A stretch of 64,000 bases of DNA from Callorhinchus milii (GCF_018977255.1 NW_024704742.1:128652001-128716000), one strand, 5' to 3'; positions 28,736 to 42,601 are shown, numbered from the stretch's first letter. Notes: generated by a model not told the origin, from the sequence alone. Made by a program: numbers and translations.

Positions 28736-28820
28736 CACAGCTTTTAACATAGGTGTCCATCACCTCCACACTAATACCATAAGGCCCTTTTTCGCTGGGT
28801 GCATGTTTTCTGAAAAAGTT
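28736..28820 (-). CDS. PIK3C3: PIK3C3 exon 20 (85 bp)
   Basis: [36 protein letters not shown]. Confidence 0.97.
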
Positions 28821-29620
28821 CTAGAGTACAATGGAAGGCATTAGGGTTCAAGATTTATTTTTTCTGCAATAGGTTATTTTTGTGAGTGCATTTTCCTCTC
28901 CCTCCCACAAGTGTTAGAATTTGAGTTATGCAAACCATTGGAACGGCTAAACTTTGATTATCCTCCTCCTCGGGGAGGGTGAGGAGCAGGTAGGTGGGTC
29001 TCATTGGAGCTAAGCTGGTAATTGGAGGTCAGAATGGAGTATTTCCTCAATAGTCTGGTTGTGTGAAGTTTCCATGTATAGGTAGCATACATGTGTAGAG
29101 CTCAATCTGGTTTGGATATTTTTAAACACAGGTTCCTACATGCATCAAACACCCAGCTGAACAAAGAAAAGAAACGGAATACAAGACAAGATTCAGTTCA
29201 ATTTAATTCCCCAGTTGAACAGCCAACCAACCCTATCTTGGATCAGATTAAAAATGAAAAATTGGACTCAGTTATAATAATCAAGTAGCTGAACAACAAT
29301 TGTCTTCTAAAATCACACATGAAAAATAGCTACTTGGTCAAGGTATTAGAGAACACTAGACGAAAGTACTAGAATGGAAGGAAGAACATTGCAGGTAGGA
29401 ATAACAAATCGAGTGAGAGATTAAACATTAGGCAGGTTAGAACAGAAGAGCTACTATTTAGCACAGCTTTTCTTAATTTAGCTTTTGTTCTACTACAATG
29501 AACGATTAATGCACAAGGTTGATACAGCTTTGAGGGTACAATATCAGGCGGTTGATTCAATTAATACTCTGTTCCCATAAGATTTAAAAGATACAATTTA
29601 TATTCAAATTGGTTCTTTAC

Positions 29621-29685
29621 CTGTATACTTCCTTCTGTAGCAAGTACTTCAGCAACTGGCACTGACTGGATAAACTGCATGAAGC
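29621..29685 (-). CDS. PIK3C3: PIK3C3 exon 19 (65 bp)
   Basis: FMQFIQSVPVAEVLATEGSIQ; CAG/GTAAA. Confidence 0.97.
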
Positions 29686-30280
29686 CTGCAGATCAAAATA
29701 CTTGTTTCAACAACTGTAATTAAATGTACCTCAAATCACTTCAGAAGATTTTACTGTAAAATGTAATTGATATTTGTAGGCAAATGTGGTAGCCAATGTG
29801 CACACAGCAATGTCCCATTTATAGCCATGAAGTGAATGAATTGTTTTATCTGGGGGATGATTTAACAAGATACTGGGAGAAACTACCTTTTCTTTTTGAA
29901 AAGTGCCATGGCACCTTTAACATTCACCTGAACCTCATCTGAAGGACAGCACCTCCAAATGATGGATCATTCTCCCAGCGCTGTATTGGAGTGTCAGCCT
30001 AAACTAAGGTTAAAGTGACAAACCACATGCAGCCTGAACCCAGAACCATCTGACTCAGTAGTAAGAGAACTATTAACGGAACCAGGCTGACATTAACTGT
30101 AATACTCTAAAATTTATAGAATGTGAAAAATTTCATTTTATGTTTCTCCCCGAAACTATCCATTCTTTCCCTGTGCTGTTGACACCGACATTGAATACTT
30201 GTGTATTTCTGTGTTTTGTACTCTTGTTCATAGTTTGGTGTTCTCATAAACAATTGCCAAATGTTGTCGTGGGAAATCCT

Positions 30281-31155
30281 TGCAATATCCCTCCTAATAT
30301 TCTGTCTGAGATCAACAAAATGAACAAGGAGGTTCAAACCTGGGCACATTCTGGTCTGAATAAACTGATGCATCTGTTAACCTAAAATATGAAACTCACT
30401 GCATCTCAGAGATGGCTCAATATTGCTATTGGCCACAACAAGTTTAATGGTGAGCTTTTTTGGATGACTGGTCATAATTGTGGTTTTGAGTAGAACATTT
30501 TCCCAATTTTTTAATTAAGCGTGTTCAGACCAGAACAACAAGATTTCATTTATAGAGCGCCTTTCACGTCGGGAGGACGTCCCAAGGCGCTGGACAGTTG
30601 GGCCGGGACCCGAGCAGGGGGGAAATGGTCAGGGTGAGGGAAGGGAGGGAGCAAGGAGGGGGTAGAGAGTCGAGAGGGGAGCTGAAGGCACGGTCGAAGA
30701 GAAAGGTCTTGAGACCGGCCTTGAAGGAGGAAAGGGAGGAGGCGGCGAAGACACTGGGGCATGGAGTTCCAGAGCCTCGGGGCTGAGAGGCTGAAGGCCC
30801 GGCCACCGATGGTAGGGCGGTTGGGGCGGGGGATGTGGAGCAGACCGGAGCCAGAGGAACGGAGGGTACGGGCAGGTAGGTAGTGGGAATAGTAGGTCGG
30901 AAAGGTAGGAGGGAGCAAGGCCGTGATTGGCCTTGTAGGTGAGGATGAGGATTTTGAATTCGATCCTCTGGGGGATGGGGAGCCAGTGGAGGCGAGCGAG
31001 GGTGGGAGTGATGTGGTCGCGGCCACCGATGGTAGCCAACTGCAATATCCCTCCTAATATTCTGTCTGAGATCAACAGAATGAACAAGGAGGTTCAAACC
31101 TGGGCACATTCTGGTCTGAATAAACTGATGCATCTGTTAACCTAAAATATGAAAC
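30281..31155 (+). repeat. 115-bp direct repeat (30281-30395 and 31041-31155)
   Basis: One mismatch in 115 bp by eye (atcaacaaaa vs atcaacagaa). Confidence 0.95.
30533..31020 (-). mobile_element. Young 5'-truncated L2 copy
   Basis: HITPTLARLHWLPIPQRIEFKILILTYK; CpG-rich; intact tail stem-loop. Confidence 0.92.
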
Positions 31156-32020
31156 GAGGTCATGTAGCATGAATAAGTTGTACAGTATCTCTTCCCACCT
31201 AACGTATCTTAACCCCTGCTTTAGAAAGAGCACCACTTACTGCAAGGATTGCTCATGGTTTTATTCTACTTTTGTTTTTAAGATAAGTAAAGCAAGCCAT
31301 GTGCAAGAAACAAACCACAGAATGCAGAAATACACAAGTATTCAAGAACAGCATTGGCAGCACTGGGAAAGAATCAGAGGGAACTCAAAAAAACACAATT
31401 TTCCACATTCTAGAAATTTAGACAAATATGTACCAATAATTTTAGTTATGCATTACATGATTTTGACCAGACCTGAACTCTGTAGTACAAGTCTCTTAAC
31501 GATGAAATGCCTGGGATTATAACAAGACTAAAAGAAAACTAGCATTGTAATATAGTTGCACCTCATTTTTAACACTGGGTCCATGGAAATCAGACCATGT
31601 TATTACAAGTTGAGTTCTAAAAATGGCTATCAATCAGAGTTTGGGTTGTCAAGTCACCAATAACCCACAACACAATAGCCAGCTGTTCAGCAAAGTCTGC
31701 TCGTGTGAATGTTTCCACCAAATGTTTGAATATCTTCTGCACCTACTTGCTATGTGCAGGAATCTCACTGGTCAGCACATCGCACTGCAGATGCAATGAT
31801 GCACCTACATTATACACAGATCTGTCTTACTCCAAAGTGCTTCATAAAAGGGTCCAACTTTATTTGCAAGTGGTCAAAGATTAACACTGCAATGTTAGAA
31901 CACACAGTCACTGTAGTTATAAACTTACCACTACTTTCTCACCTCAATATGGCTTCCCCTTAATCCAAACCCCAACTCTTCTGAAACTTTTCAAAACCAC
32001 TGATATGTGAATCAGGCTTA

Positions 32021-32143
<123 letters not shown>

Positions 32144-33190
32144 CTAGAAATAAGAAGATCATGTAAGCAAGAAATATGGAATGAAAGATAGTGAATGCTG
32201 TCCACGCACCAGTGATTTTCCCATATGCCAAGTTTCTAACCTTAGTTAGATGGAAGCCAAGTACATTCCTAACCCTACTAATGTAACTCTTATATACCTT
32301 TCAGCTGTATTTTATAGAGGCAGCTGCTGCTAAATGGTCTGCAGCAAGAGGCAGTATAAATGGTTCACCTTTATTCTGATAAACAGCTCAATAAATGGTT
32401 TGAGTGCAATCTTTCTCCAAGAGCTATTCCAAATGCATTTGATAATTTGACAGTTCCAAGAACAAAATTATTCAATTACTTCATAAAAATACAAGGTAAA
32501 GTACTTATCCAAAGTTATTTCAAAGTGAAGCACAAGTATATCTCCCTTGCCCTCCACCCCTCTTGACTCTAGCCCCCAGCTCAGATGCAAATCCTTCACT
32601 GTCCGTCTCCTTTAGTCCCCTCCTAACATGAAAAATGCTATATAAATGCAGTTTGTTGTTATTGTTGTTGAATATAGATTTCCCGGAATTTAATACAGTA
32701 CATTAAAATAGTGTATGTATTCTTTTCAAACAATAAACTCCTCTGGAAAAAAAAGTCAACACTAAATTGGAAGTCCACAAGCATATCGTTTGAATACAAT
32801 AAGCACATTTTATGAGGACTAGTGGACTACATTTATTTATATTTTGCTTTACAATTCCATAGGGCATCTGCCCTCACCCTACAGGTGCCCAGCCAGCAGT
32901 GTCAAGCATGTTGTGACATCCTAATGATGTGAAATACTCTATACAAATATAAAACTATATTGCATTTCATGGAAACGTGACTGGTGGGAGTTCTACAGTT
33001 TGGTTAGTTGTAAAGCGAACAAATATTTGCATGATTATTACAATCCAACATCTACATGTTCAATGTCAGATGATCGGAGATTACGATTTGACAATATTTA
33101 GCTTGTCTACTCATTTTTTTTTAAAAATGCGTAAAACTGGAACTTAATATTGCAATAAGGTTTGGTTTATAACTGACAACAGCTTCATAC

Positions 33191-33319
33191 CTTATCCATA
33201 AGCGAGATGATTTGGAGGATCAACTGATCCTGACGAAGATCATCACCGTGCTTGAATATAACAGGATATTTACCTCCATCTTCAGTCTTAAATATTAGCT
33301 TTGCTGGCATTAGGGCACT
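33191..33319 (-). CDS. PIK3C3: PIK3C3 exon 17 (129 bp), kinase domain with catalytic Lys ([11 protein letters not shown])
   Basis: [51 protein letters not shown]. Confidence 0.98.
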
Positions 33320-34341
33320 CTGAAACAATACAGCACCATAACTCCATTAACATATATAATTTATATATATATGAAAAAAATGCATACATACGATATATAG
33401 AATATTCACAGGAAGATATCATGTCTCAACTACCATCTTCAGTCCAATTTTCACACACTACCTAGCTTTATGATTCTAAAGGATCTTGGTCCACTTTGCT
33501 AAACACTCCTCAAAATGCCTTTGTGTGTAACCCATTGGGCATTGGTAGGAATTAAATCTGAAGCTTGAGAACTTAAGACCCAAGAAAGGCAAGAATGGAC
33601 CTGTATAATAGGTTATTTGTAATTCACGCATTATATAAAATTTGAGTGTTCATAGATATTTGAATCTCATTATTTGCAGTTCAATTTTACTCCCTCTTCC
33701 CTAATGTTTATTCAATTCCCTATTAAGAAATATGATTCAGTTTCAATAGGCACTTATGGCAAAGCTTTCTATGCCTCAGTAACGCATTTTACGCTTTAAC
33801 ATCAGGTCATTAAATGGAGTTGCATTTTATTACCAGAAGTGAGTAATTTAACTTATGCAAATAAGTTTAATTTCATCAGTACCAAAGGCCAGAAAATAGC
33901 ATCCATTGCTGCTACAAGATAAAAATGAGGTTTCTCAATGTCAGATATCTAATTTCCAGATTTATTTCTTGGTCGTCTTCAGTCATCAACTGAAGACCAA
34001 AGGGATTGTTGTACTATTGCAAGAAAACTGAAGTGCTTCAATATTTGTCCCACAATTGAACAGGAATTGCACAATTCACCCACCACCAGGAAACAAATGA
34101 GTTCCAACATTTTGAGAAACCCTAACTTGATCAATGAGGACAGATTGCAGGATGCCCTAATGGTTAGGGAAATAGCTTCAGGTGGCAACTATTTAAAATA
34201 CAGGGTCACAGGCCTGTAATTTCTATTTCACAAAAGAAATAATTTTTAAATAATTGCAATAAGATGAAAAATCTGAAACCCATTTTGCACCAGTAATCCG
34301 TATTGGACAATTCGATGGAAATATTCATTTCTAAAGTTTAC

Positions 34342-34473
34342 CTTAAATAATGTTGCTTTTTCTGGAATGATGCCTCTGATTTTAACCGGTGGTTCCAAAG
34401 GTAAGGGTATTGGTTCAATCTCTGATAAGTTGACTTTTTCATTGTCTGCCAGCAAAGTTTGAAGCCTTTCGAT
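34342..34473 (-). CDS. PIK3C3: PIK3C3 exon 16 (132 bp)
   Basis: [52 protein letters not shown]. Confidence 0.97.
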
Positions 34474-34884
34474 CTGGCAGATAAAGAAAATGCAAAGATT
34501 GTCCTCAGAAAGGCAAAGGTGGGCTGCTCAGCTGGAATGGTGAGATCCATCATTACTAACACGAGTCACACAGAGTTCCTAAAACCTAAGCAAACTCAGC
34601 AAAACTTCCACAGGACGACACATTTGATTTGAGTTTCTAATTTTCCAGTTGATGTAAACAGTAAACAGATCACTGAAGCCCAGAGTTCGCTCAAACAAGC
34701 ATCCCTTATTTTCTGGAAAATACAGTAATTTGAAGAATTAAAGTGGAATAAAGCAGCAATATTTACAACCGTAGGCTGAAAATCATGGTCGATGTCCATT
34801 AAATCTTTGAGTGTTGTGGACAAGTTTTTCTACTTTAGGCTTATTTAGTAATAAAAGATATTTTAGATATACAAGTAGTTTCAA

Positions 34885-35525
34885 TGCTCCCCATTCCCCC
34901 AGCAGATCGAGTTCAAGATCCCTGTCCTAACCTTTAAATCTCTCCATGGTTTTGCCTAATCCTACTTTTGTGGCCTCCTCAAACCCTATCAACCTGGCCA
35001 CTCCCTCCGGTCAGACAGTTTCACATCCCCCGCTCCGTTGGGCTTTCAGGGTATCTGTCCCACTCTCTGGAACTCCATCCCAGAGTCTCTGACCTGCTGA
35101 CTCCCTACCAACCTGCCCACTCCCTCCGTTCATCAGGCTCCGGCCTGCTCCATGTCTCCCACCCGAATCGGTGGCTGAGCTTTCAGCCTCTCTGCCCCCA
35201 CACTCTGGAACTCCAACGGTCCCTTCGCCTCGCTTCCTCCCTCACATCCTTCAAGTCCGGTCTCAAGACTCTTCTCTTCGACCGTGCCTTTGGTTTCCCT
35301 CCCACTTCTCTGCCTTCCCTCACACCTACACCACCCCTCCCCCCATGCTCGGGCTCCGACATATGACTGTTCAGCGCCTTGGGACATCCACCCGACATGA
35401 AAGGTGCTCTATAAATGTAATTTTGTTGTTGTTGTTGTTGACTTGCCCTTCCCTCACCTCCTTCAAGGTCTGCCTCAAGACCTTCCTCTTTGACCACACC
35501 TTCGGCTGTCTAATACCCTCCCACC
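34885..35525 (+). mobile_element. Nested L2 3' fragments (younger piece about 35085-35440 inside an older one)
   Basis: Repeated ctctggaactcc and ttcaaggtc..cctcaagaccttcctctttgacc segments; tail with (TTG)n. Confidence 0.85.
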
Positions 35526-35942
35526 CCCTCTCTCATTGTATCCCTCAGTATTTGTTAAAATGAGCAATATCTAACTGCTATCCAACAGTAGAGTTCTCAA
35601 GCAGATACTTTTTCAATAGAGTTAAGGAAATTCTATAAACCACTATTCTGAGAACAACAACAAAATTACACTTGTAAAGCGCCTTGGGAAAAAAAAACAA
35701 CAAACCTTAATTGGAATAGAGTTTAGAAAACAATTCACCAGGAATATTGCATACTGTATTCAGAAAAGTCTCCCAGCAAAATGAACAGAAAATATCAGTC
35801 ATGCATCTTGTGTAATAGGAGCTATGTTAGCAACCAAAACCTGGGAGGCATTTGCTACAGGCAAGAAGCAGGTTAGTCAGCATCAGAAACTAAATACAGT
35901 GTACTCCACAGGATACCTGTGCTACAAGTGAACCCATGCTCA

Positions 35943-36122
<180 letters not shown>

Positions 36123-36244
36123 CTAGGTTGAAACAAAATTGATTGAAATATAATGGATGATTATATACTGCTTCCCACAAAGCAGCCTCATCTTACAATA
36201 AGATTTGTCACTTCAGTTTCTTGTGCATTCTTTTCAAAAGAGCA

Positions 36245-36785
36245 TAATAGTAATACTTGCATTTGATATAACGCCTTATCACTTCTTCCGAGTCGTCTCA
36301 AAGTGCTTCACAGAATATACTGTAAAGTGAACTGACTGAATATCTTGTGGACAAAACATGGCAACTAATTGCACACAGCAGCGTCCCACAAACAGTCATG
36401 GATTGAGCGACCAAATTATTATTATTTTTTGGAGGAATTATTACCCCCAGAAAAGCGATCTGCCAATTGACTAACTAGCGGGTTCCTACTTACTAATAAT
36501 AATCCCTCCAAAAACAATAATAAATTGGTCATTTTCAATCTACGACTGTTTGTGGGACATTGCTGTGCGCAATTGGCTGCCGCGTTCGCCCACAAATATA
36601 CAGTCAATTCACTTTACAGTGTGTTCTGTGAAGCGCTTTGGGACGTCCTCCTGACGTGAAAAGCGCTATATCAAATGCAAGGATTATTATTATTATTATT
36701 ACTGCTAGGTAAAGAGAGACACGTGTGTGGAATAAGGAAACTTGCCTAACGTTTCGCCCTGTCCTGCCCGGGAATTGAACCCATT
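36245..36785 (-). mobile_element. Long-form SINE interrupted by an opposite-orientation SINE
   Basis: Host motif cctacttactgctagg (intact at 40260) is split at 36494/36699. Confidence 0.88.
36495..36698 (+). mobile_element. Headless young SINE copy, TSD ttact
   Basis: aataataatccctcc...ggattattattatt flanked by ttact at 36490-36494 and 36699-36703. Confidence 0.9.
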
Positions 36786-37500
36786 CTGTGGGAACATAAG
36801 GTGCTGACCGTTGAGATGAAAGTGTTTTATAATAGAAAAACTACCTCATGGAAACTTCAATAGCAATCAAACTTCGATAGAAAAAAAACACAAACTAGAA
36901 TAGCCCTCCTTCTGCAGGAAATATTATTTGGGGTGAAAAGTTATTTTATTCAACAGATTAAATCAATTTGCTGAATCAATTTTAAGAATCATGTTCTAAC
37001 TTTCAAAAGTCTCTACATCTCCCAGCCCACTCCCATCAGTCTAATTTAGGCCAATTGAATGTTTCCCCCCCACCTGTTCTATAGTAATATCCCTTTGCCT
37101 CTCCCCCTCTGCTTGAATACTCCTCCTCTGACTGTGCCTTTAATACAATACAAAACCAAATAACATTTGTACAGTGCCTTTCATGTCAGGAGGATGTCCC
37201 AAGGTGCTGGTCGGTCAGGGATTTGGACCCAATCGTGGGAGTGGGGGGGAGTTGGGGTAAGGGAGGGTAGAGGGCAGGCAGATTAGCTGAAGGCACGGTC
37301 GGTCAGAGGGGAGGGTCTTATTCACCTCACTCCTCCTGCTTTCCCCCCACCCCAAACTCCCACCATGCTCAAGCTCACTTGTGGCTCTGCAAAATGCTTC
37401 CAAGACTACTTAACATGAAAATGCAAGTTGTAGAATCCCCAAAGCTGAGGAGATCAAAACAAATTCTAGCCGATTTACTTGTTCAATTTAAATAAAATAC

Positions 37501-37606
37501 CTTTAGCAAGGCTTGACTGAACCGCCTCATCACATTCAAATACATCTCATGGGTTTTTGGGTCACGTTGTTGAGTATCTTGATCTTCGCATTCTACAATA
37601 ACATAC
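37501..37606 (-). CDS. PIK3C3: PIK3C3 exon 14 (106 bp)
   Basis: [43 protein letters not shown]. Confidence 0.97.
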
Positions 37607-37654
37607 CTTAGGAAAATATACATACACAACACTTTAGACACAATCCAACTGAAA

Positions 37655-37855
37655 ATAAGAAATAGGAGCAGGAGTTGGCCATTTGGCCCCTGAAACTTGC
37701 TCTGCCATTTAATAAGATCATGGCTGATCTTCTAACCTAATTCCATTTACCTGCCCTTTTCCCATATCCCTTAAGATTTTAAAAATCTATCGATTTCAGT
37801 CTTGAACATGTTCAGTGACTGGACATCCACAGCCTTCTGGGGTAGAGAATTTCAT
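37655..37855 (-). mobile_element. CR1 LINE 3' end fragment
   Basis: Reverse complement matches the 3' UTR of the CR1 at 63480-63635 (agatcagccatgat...ctcctgctccta). Confidence 0.8.
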
Positions 37856-38423
37856 AAATAATGGGAACAAGTGGGTGTATAAAATTAGTCACATTTGTAA
37901 ATCCACCATGCAAGTTATAATAAAGCTTGCAGTTGATATAATGCCTTATCAAATCTTTGAGGTGTCTCAAAGCGCTTCGCAGAATATGCTGTATATTTCA
38001 TAGTCAAATCAGTTGGATCTGTCTGTGATTAAAATAAGATCCCATTGTGCCCACTGTTCCAAATTAAATGCATCTCTGACCTTAACCCAGATTCTTTCCA
38101 GCTTGACTCATTTCTAGATCAAACTCTTTCCTCCTTGGAAATTTGCTCATGGCTTAGTCAAATCCTCATAATCTATCCACTTTATACTCTATGGGATTCC
38201 ATCCTATAGTCCCAACAATTCACTCCCACCCTGCTCTCGTTCAAGGCCAGTCTCAAGTACCTTTTTTAGTGTGGTTTGGTCATTTTACCCCCACGGTAAA
38301 AATCATAGACATTGTCTACTCAATTTGAAAGAAAGATGCTGTTGAAAACCTAATTGATAGGATGGTTTGACCATTTTAAAATATTTAAGTATTTAATATT
38401 TACTAGTAATGGACTAGTTACAT

Positions 38424-38732
38424 AATAATAATCCTTGCATTAATATAGCGCTTTTCACGTCTTCTAGACGTCTCAAAGCGCTTCACAGAATATGCTGTAA
38501 AGTGAATTGACCTTATATTTGTGGGCAAAACGCAGCAGCCAATTGTGCACAGCAGTGTCCGACGGGTAGTCATGGATTGAAAATGACCAATTTATTAGTA
38601 TTTTGTTTTTGGAGAGATTATTATTAGGCGTGTGGAGTAAGGAAACTTGCCCAAGGTTTCGCCCTGCCTGGAATTGAACCCAGGTGTCTCGCTTGCAAGG
38701 CGAGTGCTCTAACCACTGAGCTACAGGACTCC
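38424..38732 (-). mobile_element. tRNA-derived Deu-type SINE, short form, full length
   Basis: Complete head (box A tagctcagtgg, box B ggttcaattcc), core and tail. Confidence 0.93.
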
Positions 38733-39389
38733 ATTGGGCTAGTTGGGCTGCCTGGCCAGTTTCCATGCTGTAATATTAATGCAATTTTATTTCACAGATG
38801 ATATCCAATTTTTAGAAACCCAATATTATGAGATTGTATCTGACTATTACCACTGGCTTTACAAAGAATATGTAGTGTACACCTGAATTATAAGATCATG
38901 TTGTTTGACAGCCAGTGAAAACTATTCCTAAACTCTGATTTGGGCAGGTTATTTAGAATAAATGACCATGTTGAATTTGCTGTCTCATATTTATCACGCT
39001 GCACCCATGTAGGTTTTGTATTTAAATAGCATATGGCTCATAAGCCCTAAAGGTAAATATCCTCCCTTAATTAGTAATTTACCACAAGGGCCATTGCACA
39101 AAACATCAATACCACCTCCTAGGCATAGATAATAATAATAATAATACCGGTCCTCTCGCTTGCAATGCGAGTGCCCTAACCAATATGCTACTAGATTCTT
39201 GTGGCTTCAAATCAATTTCTTTCAACAGCTTCTTTAATTTATAGCATAGCTCCAGATTTATAATTTAAAATTAACGCTCATCTTGTCCAGCACTAATTAT
39301 TAATGCAGAGCTCACTGGCTTAAAGTAAAATGGGCACTACAAAAAAAAATTCAGATAATTTTAAAAAGGCTCAAAAGAATTTAACTTAC

Positions 39390-39457
39390 CAGTACAAATA
39401 ATTAGCCAATGTAGAATTCCTACATGCTCTTGATATTAGGAATGTACAAAGGTCTTG
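39390..39457 (-). CDS. PIK3C3: PIK3C3 exon 13 (68 bp)
   Basis: QDLCTFLISRACRNSTLANYLY(W); TAG/GTAAG. Confidence 0.97.
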
Positions 39458-39649
39458 CTAGCACAGGAAGGGAAAAAANGATTATTACAACAAACAGGCA
39501 ATGTTTAAGCAAGGAGAGCTGCGAGATTACATCAGAAACTTGCCGATTCTGTGAAATAAATTTAGTTTCTTTGAAGGTCAGATGTTTGAAGAACAGGAAT
39601 ATCAAAAGGGATTTGGGCAGCAACCAGAAAGTGGAATTAGACTGAGTGA

Positions 39650-40320
39650 TAATAATAATCCTTGCATTTGATATAGTGTCTTATCACGTCTCCAAGACGT
39701 CTCAAAGCGCTTCACAAAATATACTGTAAAATGCAGTGACTGTATATTTTGTGGGCCAATTGCTCACAACAACAAATTACATTTTTATGGCGCCTTTCAC
39801 GTCAGGAGACCGTCCCAAGGAGCTGGATAATCAGGGATCCGTAGCCAAGCAGGTGGTTGGGATCAGGAGGGGTGGAGGGTGGGGAGGGTAAGGTTAGGAG
39901 GGTGACCGAAAGCACGATCAATGAGGAGGGTCTTGAGAAGCAAGGGAAGGGGCGAGGCAGAGGGACTATGGGGTGGGGGCAGAGAGGCTGAAGGCCCACC
40001 CGATAATGGTGGGACGGGCAAGGCAGGGAATGTGAAGCAGGCTGGAGCCCGCTGAATGGAGGGAGTGGATAGGTTAATAGGGTTTTAGGTGGTCACAGAG
40101 CACAGGCTGTGAAGGGCTTTGAAGGCAAGGACCAGGTTCGTGAACTGTATTATCACAGCAGTATCCCACAAACGGTCATGGATTGAGTGAGCAAATTTTT
40201 TTTTAAAAAAGGGATTATTACCCCCAGAAAGCCATCCGCCAATTAACCAACAACCGGGTCCTACTTACTGCTAGGAAAACAGGCGTGTGGAGTAAGGAAA
40301 CTTGCCTAAGGTTACGCCCA
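39650..40320 (-). mobile_element. Long-form SINE interrupted by an L2 3' fragment (about 39766-40150, same strand)
   Basis: SINE core ...ttgctcaca / cacagcagtatcccacaaac... split by L2 tail and 3' sequence. Confidence 0.8.
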
Positions 40321-42034
40321 GATGTGGAGAAAAACACCAATGTAGATTTCATGGACTGAATAAGCTGTTTCTGTGCTGAAACATCTTACAGCTCTATTGC
40401 TACCATTTATTCATCACAGTGGGATTTAGCTAGAACTATTTCACAGTCTACATTGTAATACATAGAATTTTCTCCTTCTGAAAAACTGAGTTTAAATATA
40501 CAATATAATATAGTCTGTTACAACTTTAAATTGCCAAATAGGGAGGGTGATGGAGGACAGGAAAGAAAGGAGGTGAAAAGAAACCAATTAAGTAAACAAT
40601 GTTCTACAAATAATCAAGTTACTAATTTACATAGAGACAATGATGGGACGAATGTGCAGCATCAAGGACACAACTGATCTGCATAGTTGCTATTAATTAC
40701 AGAATCCCCATTAAGTGTTTTCTTTAAATAAATCTGGCAGTATGAGGGAAAGATAGGGAAAGTGTATTGAACATAGGACACAAAGCATAAGAATAGGTAA
40801 AAGGCCATTTGGCAGAACAAGCTCATCTGCTTCTTCAATAAAAGCCTAATCCTTTTCCTGATCAACATCCTATTCCTTTCCAACATCTACTTAGTTTTCT
40901 TCCTTGCATAAGTATTAATATATTTATCCAGATTGAACTGATCAGGAATCTGGATGTTATTAGGGATAATCTATGTTAAAGACAAATTGTTATAAAGGCT
41001 TGTTACCTTTCTTTGTTCAGTTCAAATACCCGCAAGTCACTCAAACTATATAATGCTCTGAGGCAAATAGGATGACTTAGTAGGGATGAAATTATTAAAC
41101 AGCTGGCTTTATTTTAAAACTTTCCATATCATTTTGGTTTCCTCAGACAGTTGACTTAGTGATATACATGCAAGCCAATTGATCAGCAGTTCATAGAATT
41201 ATAAGGTATTAACTAAATAGAAGCTAAAGGAAGCAATATTCCTGCATTAAGGTATAATAAAAAGTGTCTCAGTAACTGAGTTCAGCAAGTTAAATTCTAG
41301 TAATTAGTAAACTGGCTTATGGTATGGAATGGAAATTGGTCAAATTGATTTTCCGAGCATCCATCATCCAAGAGATGGATTTCTGAGAAGTTTGTTTTTA
41401 CATGGTGCATTCTGCACCTGGGAGCTTACTGGAGGGCAGAAATAAAAGTATGAAGTAGACAGCAGTGTAGCTAGAGACATTGCTAAAACAAACTGATTCA
41501 GACCAAAAGTCTGAGGAGTCCTAAGAACAAGTATTATTTGTGTACTGATTATATATTTTATCTGCCTCTGCTCTGGAACTCCATCCTAGAGTCCTGACGA
41601 CTCACTTCTTCCTTGCCTGCTTCATGAACTCTCTCTTTGACTGTGCCTAAGTTTATCTTTTCCCGACAGAACCTAAAGCCCTGGACTGCTCATTGCCTTG
41701 GGATGTGTTCCTGATGTGGAAGGTGCTATATAAATGTAAATTTTTGTTGGTGGCTCACTTTATCGTTTGGCAAGCATTTTGTTCAGGTAGAGGTTTGCCT
41801 GCAAGTAGTCACCAGATCAACTTCACAGTAAAAATATCATAGTTATTATATTTGTTCGTCCTCAAAACTGTTAAGATGTGGTTGTAGTCGCAATTGCAAT
41901 TTACAACCTATTTGCAACACTAATCAGTTCTGATATCTGTTTTAACAGTGACGAGATAATTCTATTCACAGGAAAAGTTAGAACAATCAGCTCAAAGTTC
42001 GCCAGTAATAAAAAGGTGCATCACATGCCTTTAC

Positions 42035-42125
42035 CTCTAGGTTTTCCCCATCTGACATTTCTTTTGCTTTTGATACAGATGGAGGTGGAGAAGATACCGG
42101 AGGCGGTTGACTGATTATTTGTGAG
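42035..42125 (-). CDS. PIK3C3: PIK3C3 exon 12 (91 bp), Ser/Pro-rich loop
   Basis: SQIISQPPPVSSPPPSVSKAKEMSDGENLE; CAG/GTAAA. Confidence 0.94.
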
Positions 42126-42601
42126 CTGCAAGAGATATTTTTCATACATTAGGTTTGTTGTCCATATTTCTGAAAACAAACAATTCTACTTTAGCTCACC
42201 AGCCAAATCCAAAAAAAACAAAAACACAGTAAGAACATTATAGGATTTCATAAAGTTTTTCTAAGGACAGATTTTGATCACCTATTGGAAGATGAATAAA
42301 CACACACTTGCGGTTAAGTAACCAGTCCATCTTAACCTAGGGAAAGATTGTAAGATTACTATTCTCCAATGCAGTTTTTAGCTGGTTAGACTCCAGCAGT
42401 ACCTTAATGCGCACTCCAGGGTCTCCAAACCTTGACTCCTGCGAACCTGCACTAATACTTTCCAGGATTAGGCCAGCAGAATGCATCCTTCTAAATCCAA
42501 AGAGAGAGTGCGCATTTCATTCCAATCTATCTCTGGAATTTTCATGTGTAGGTGGGATGCATTGTACACTGTTTGATTTGAATACTCTTAAGCACGTGTC
42601 G

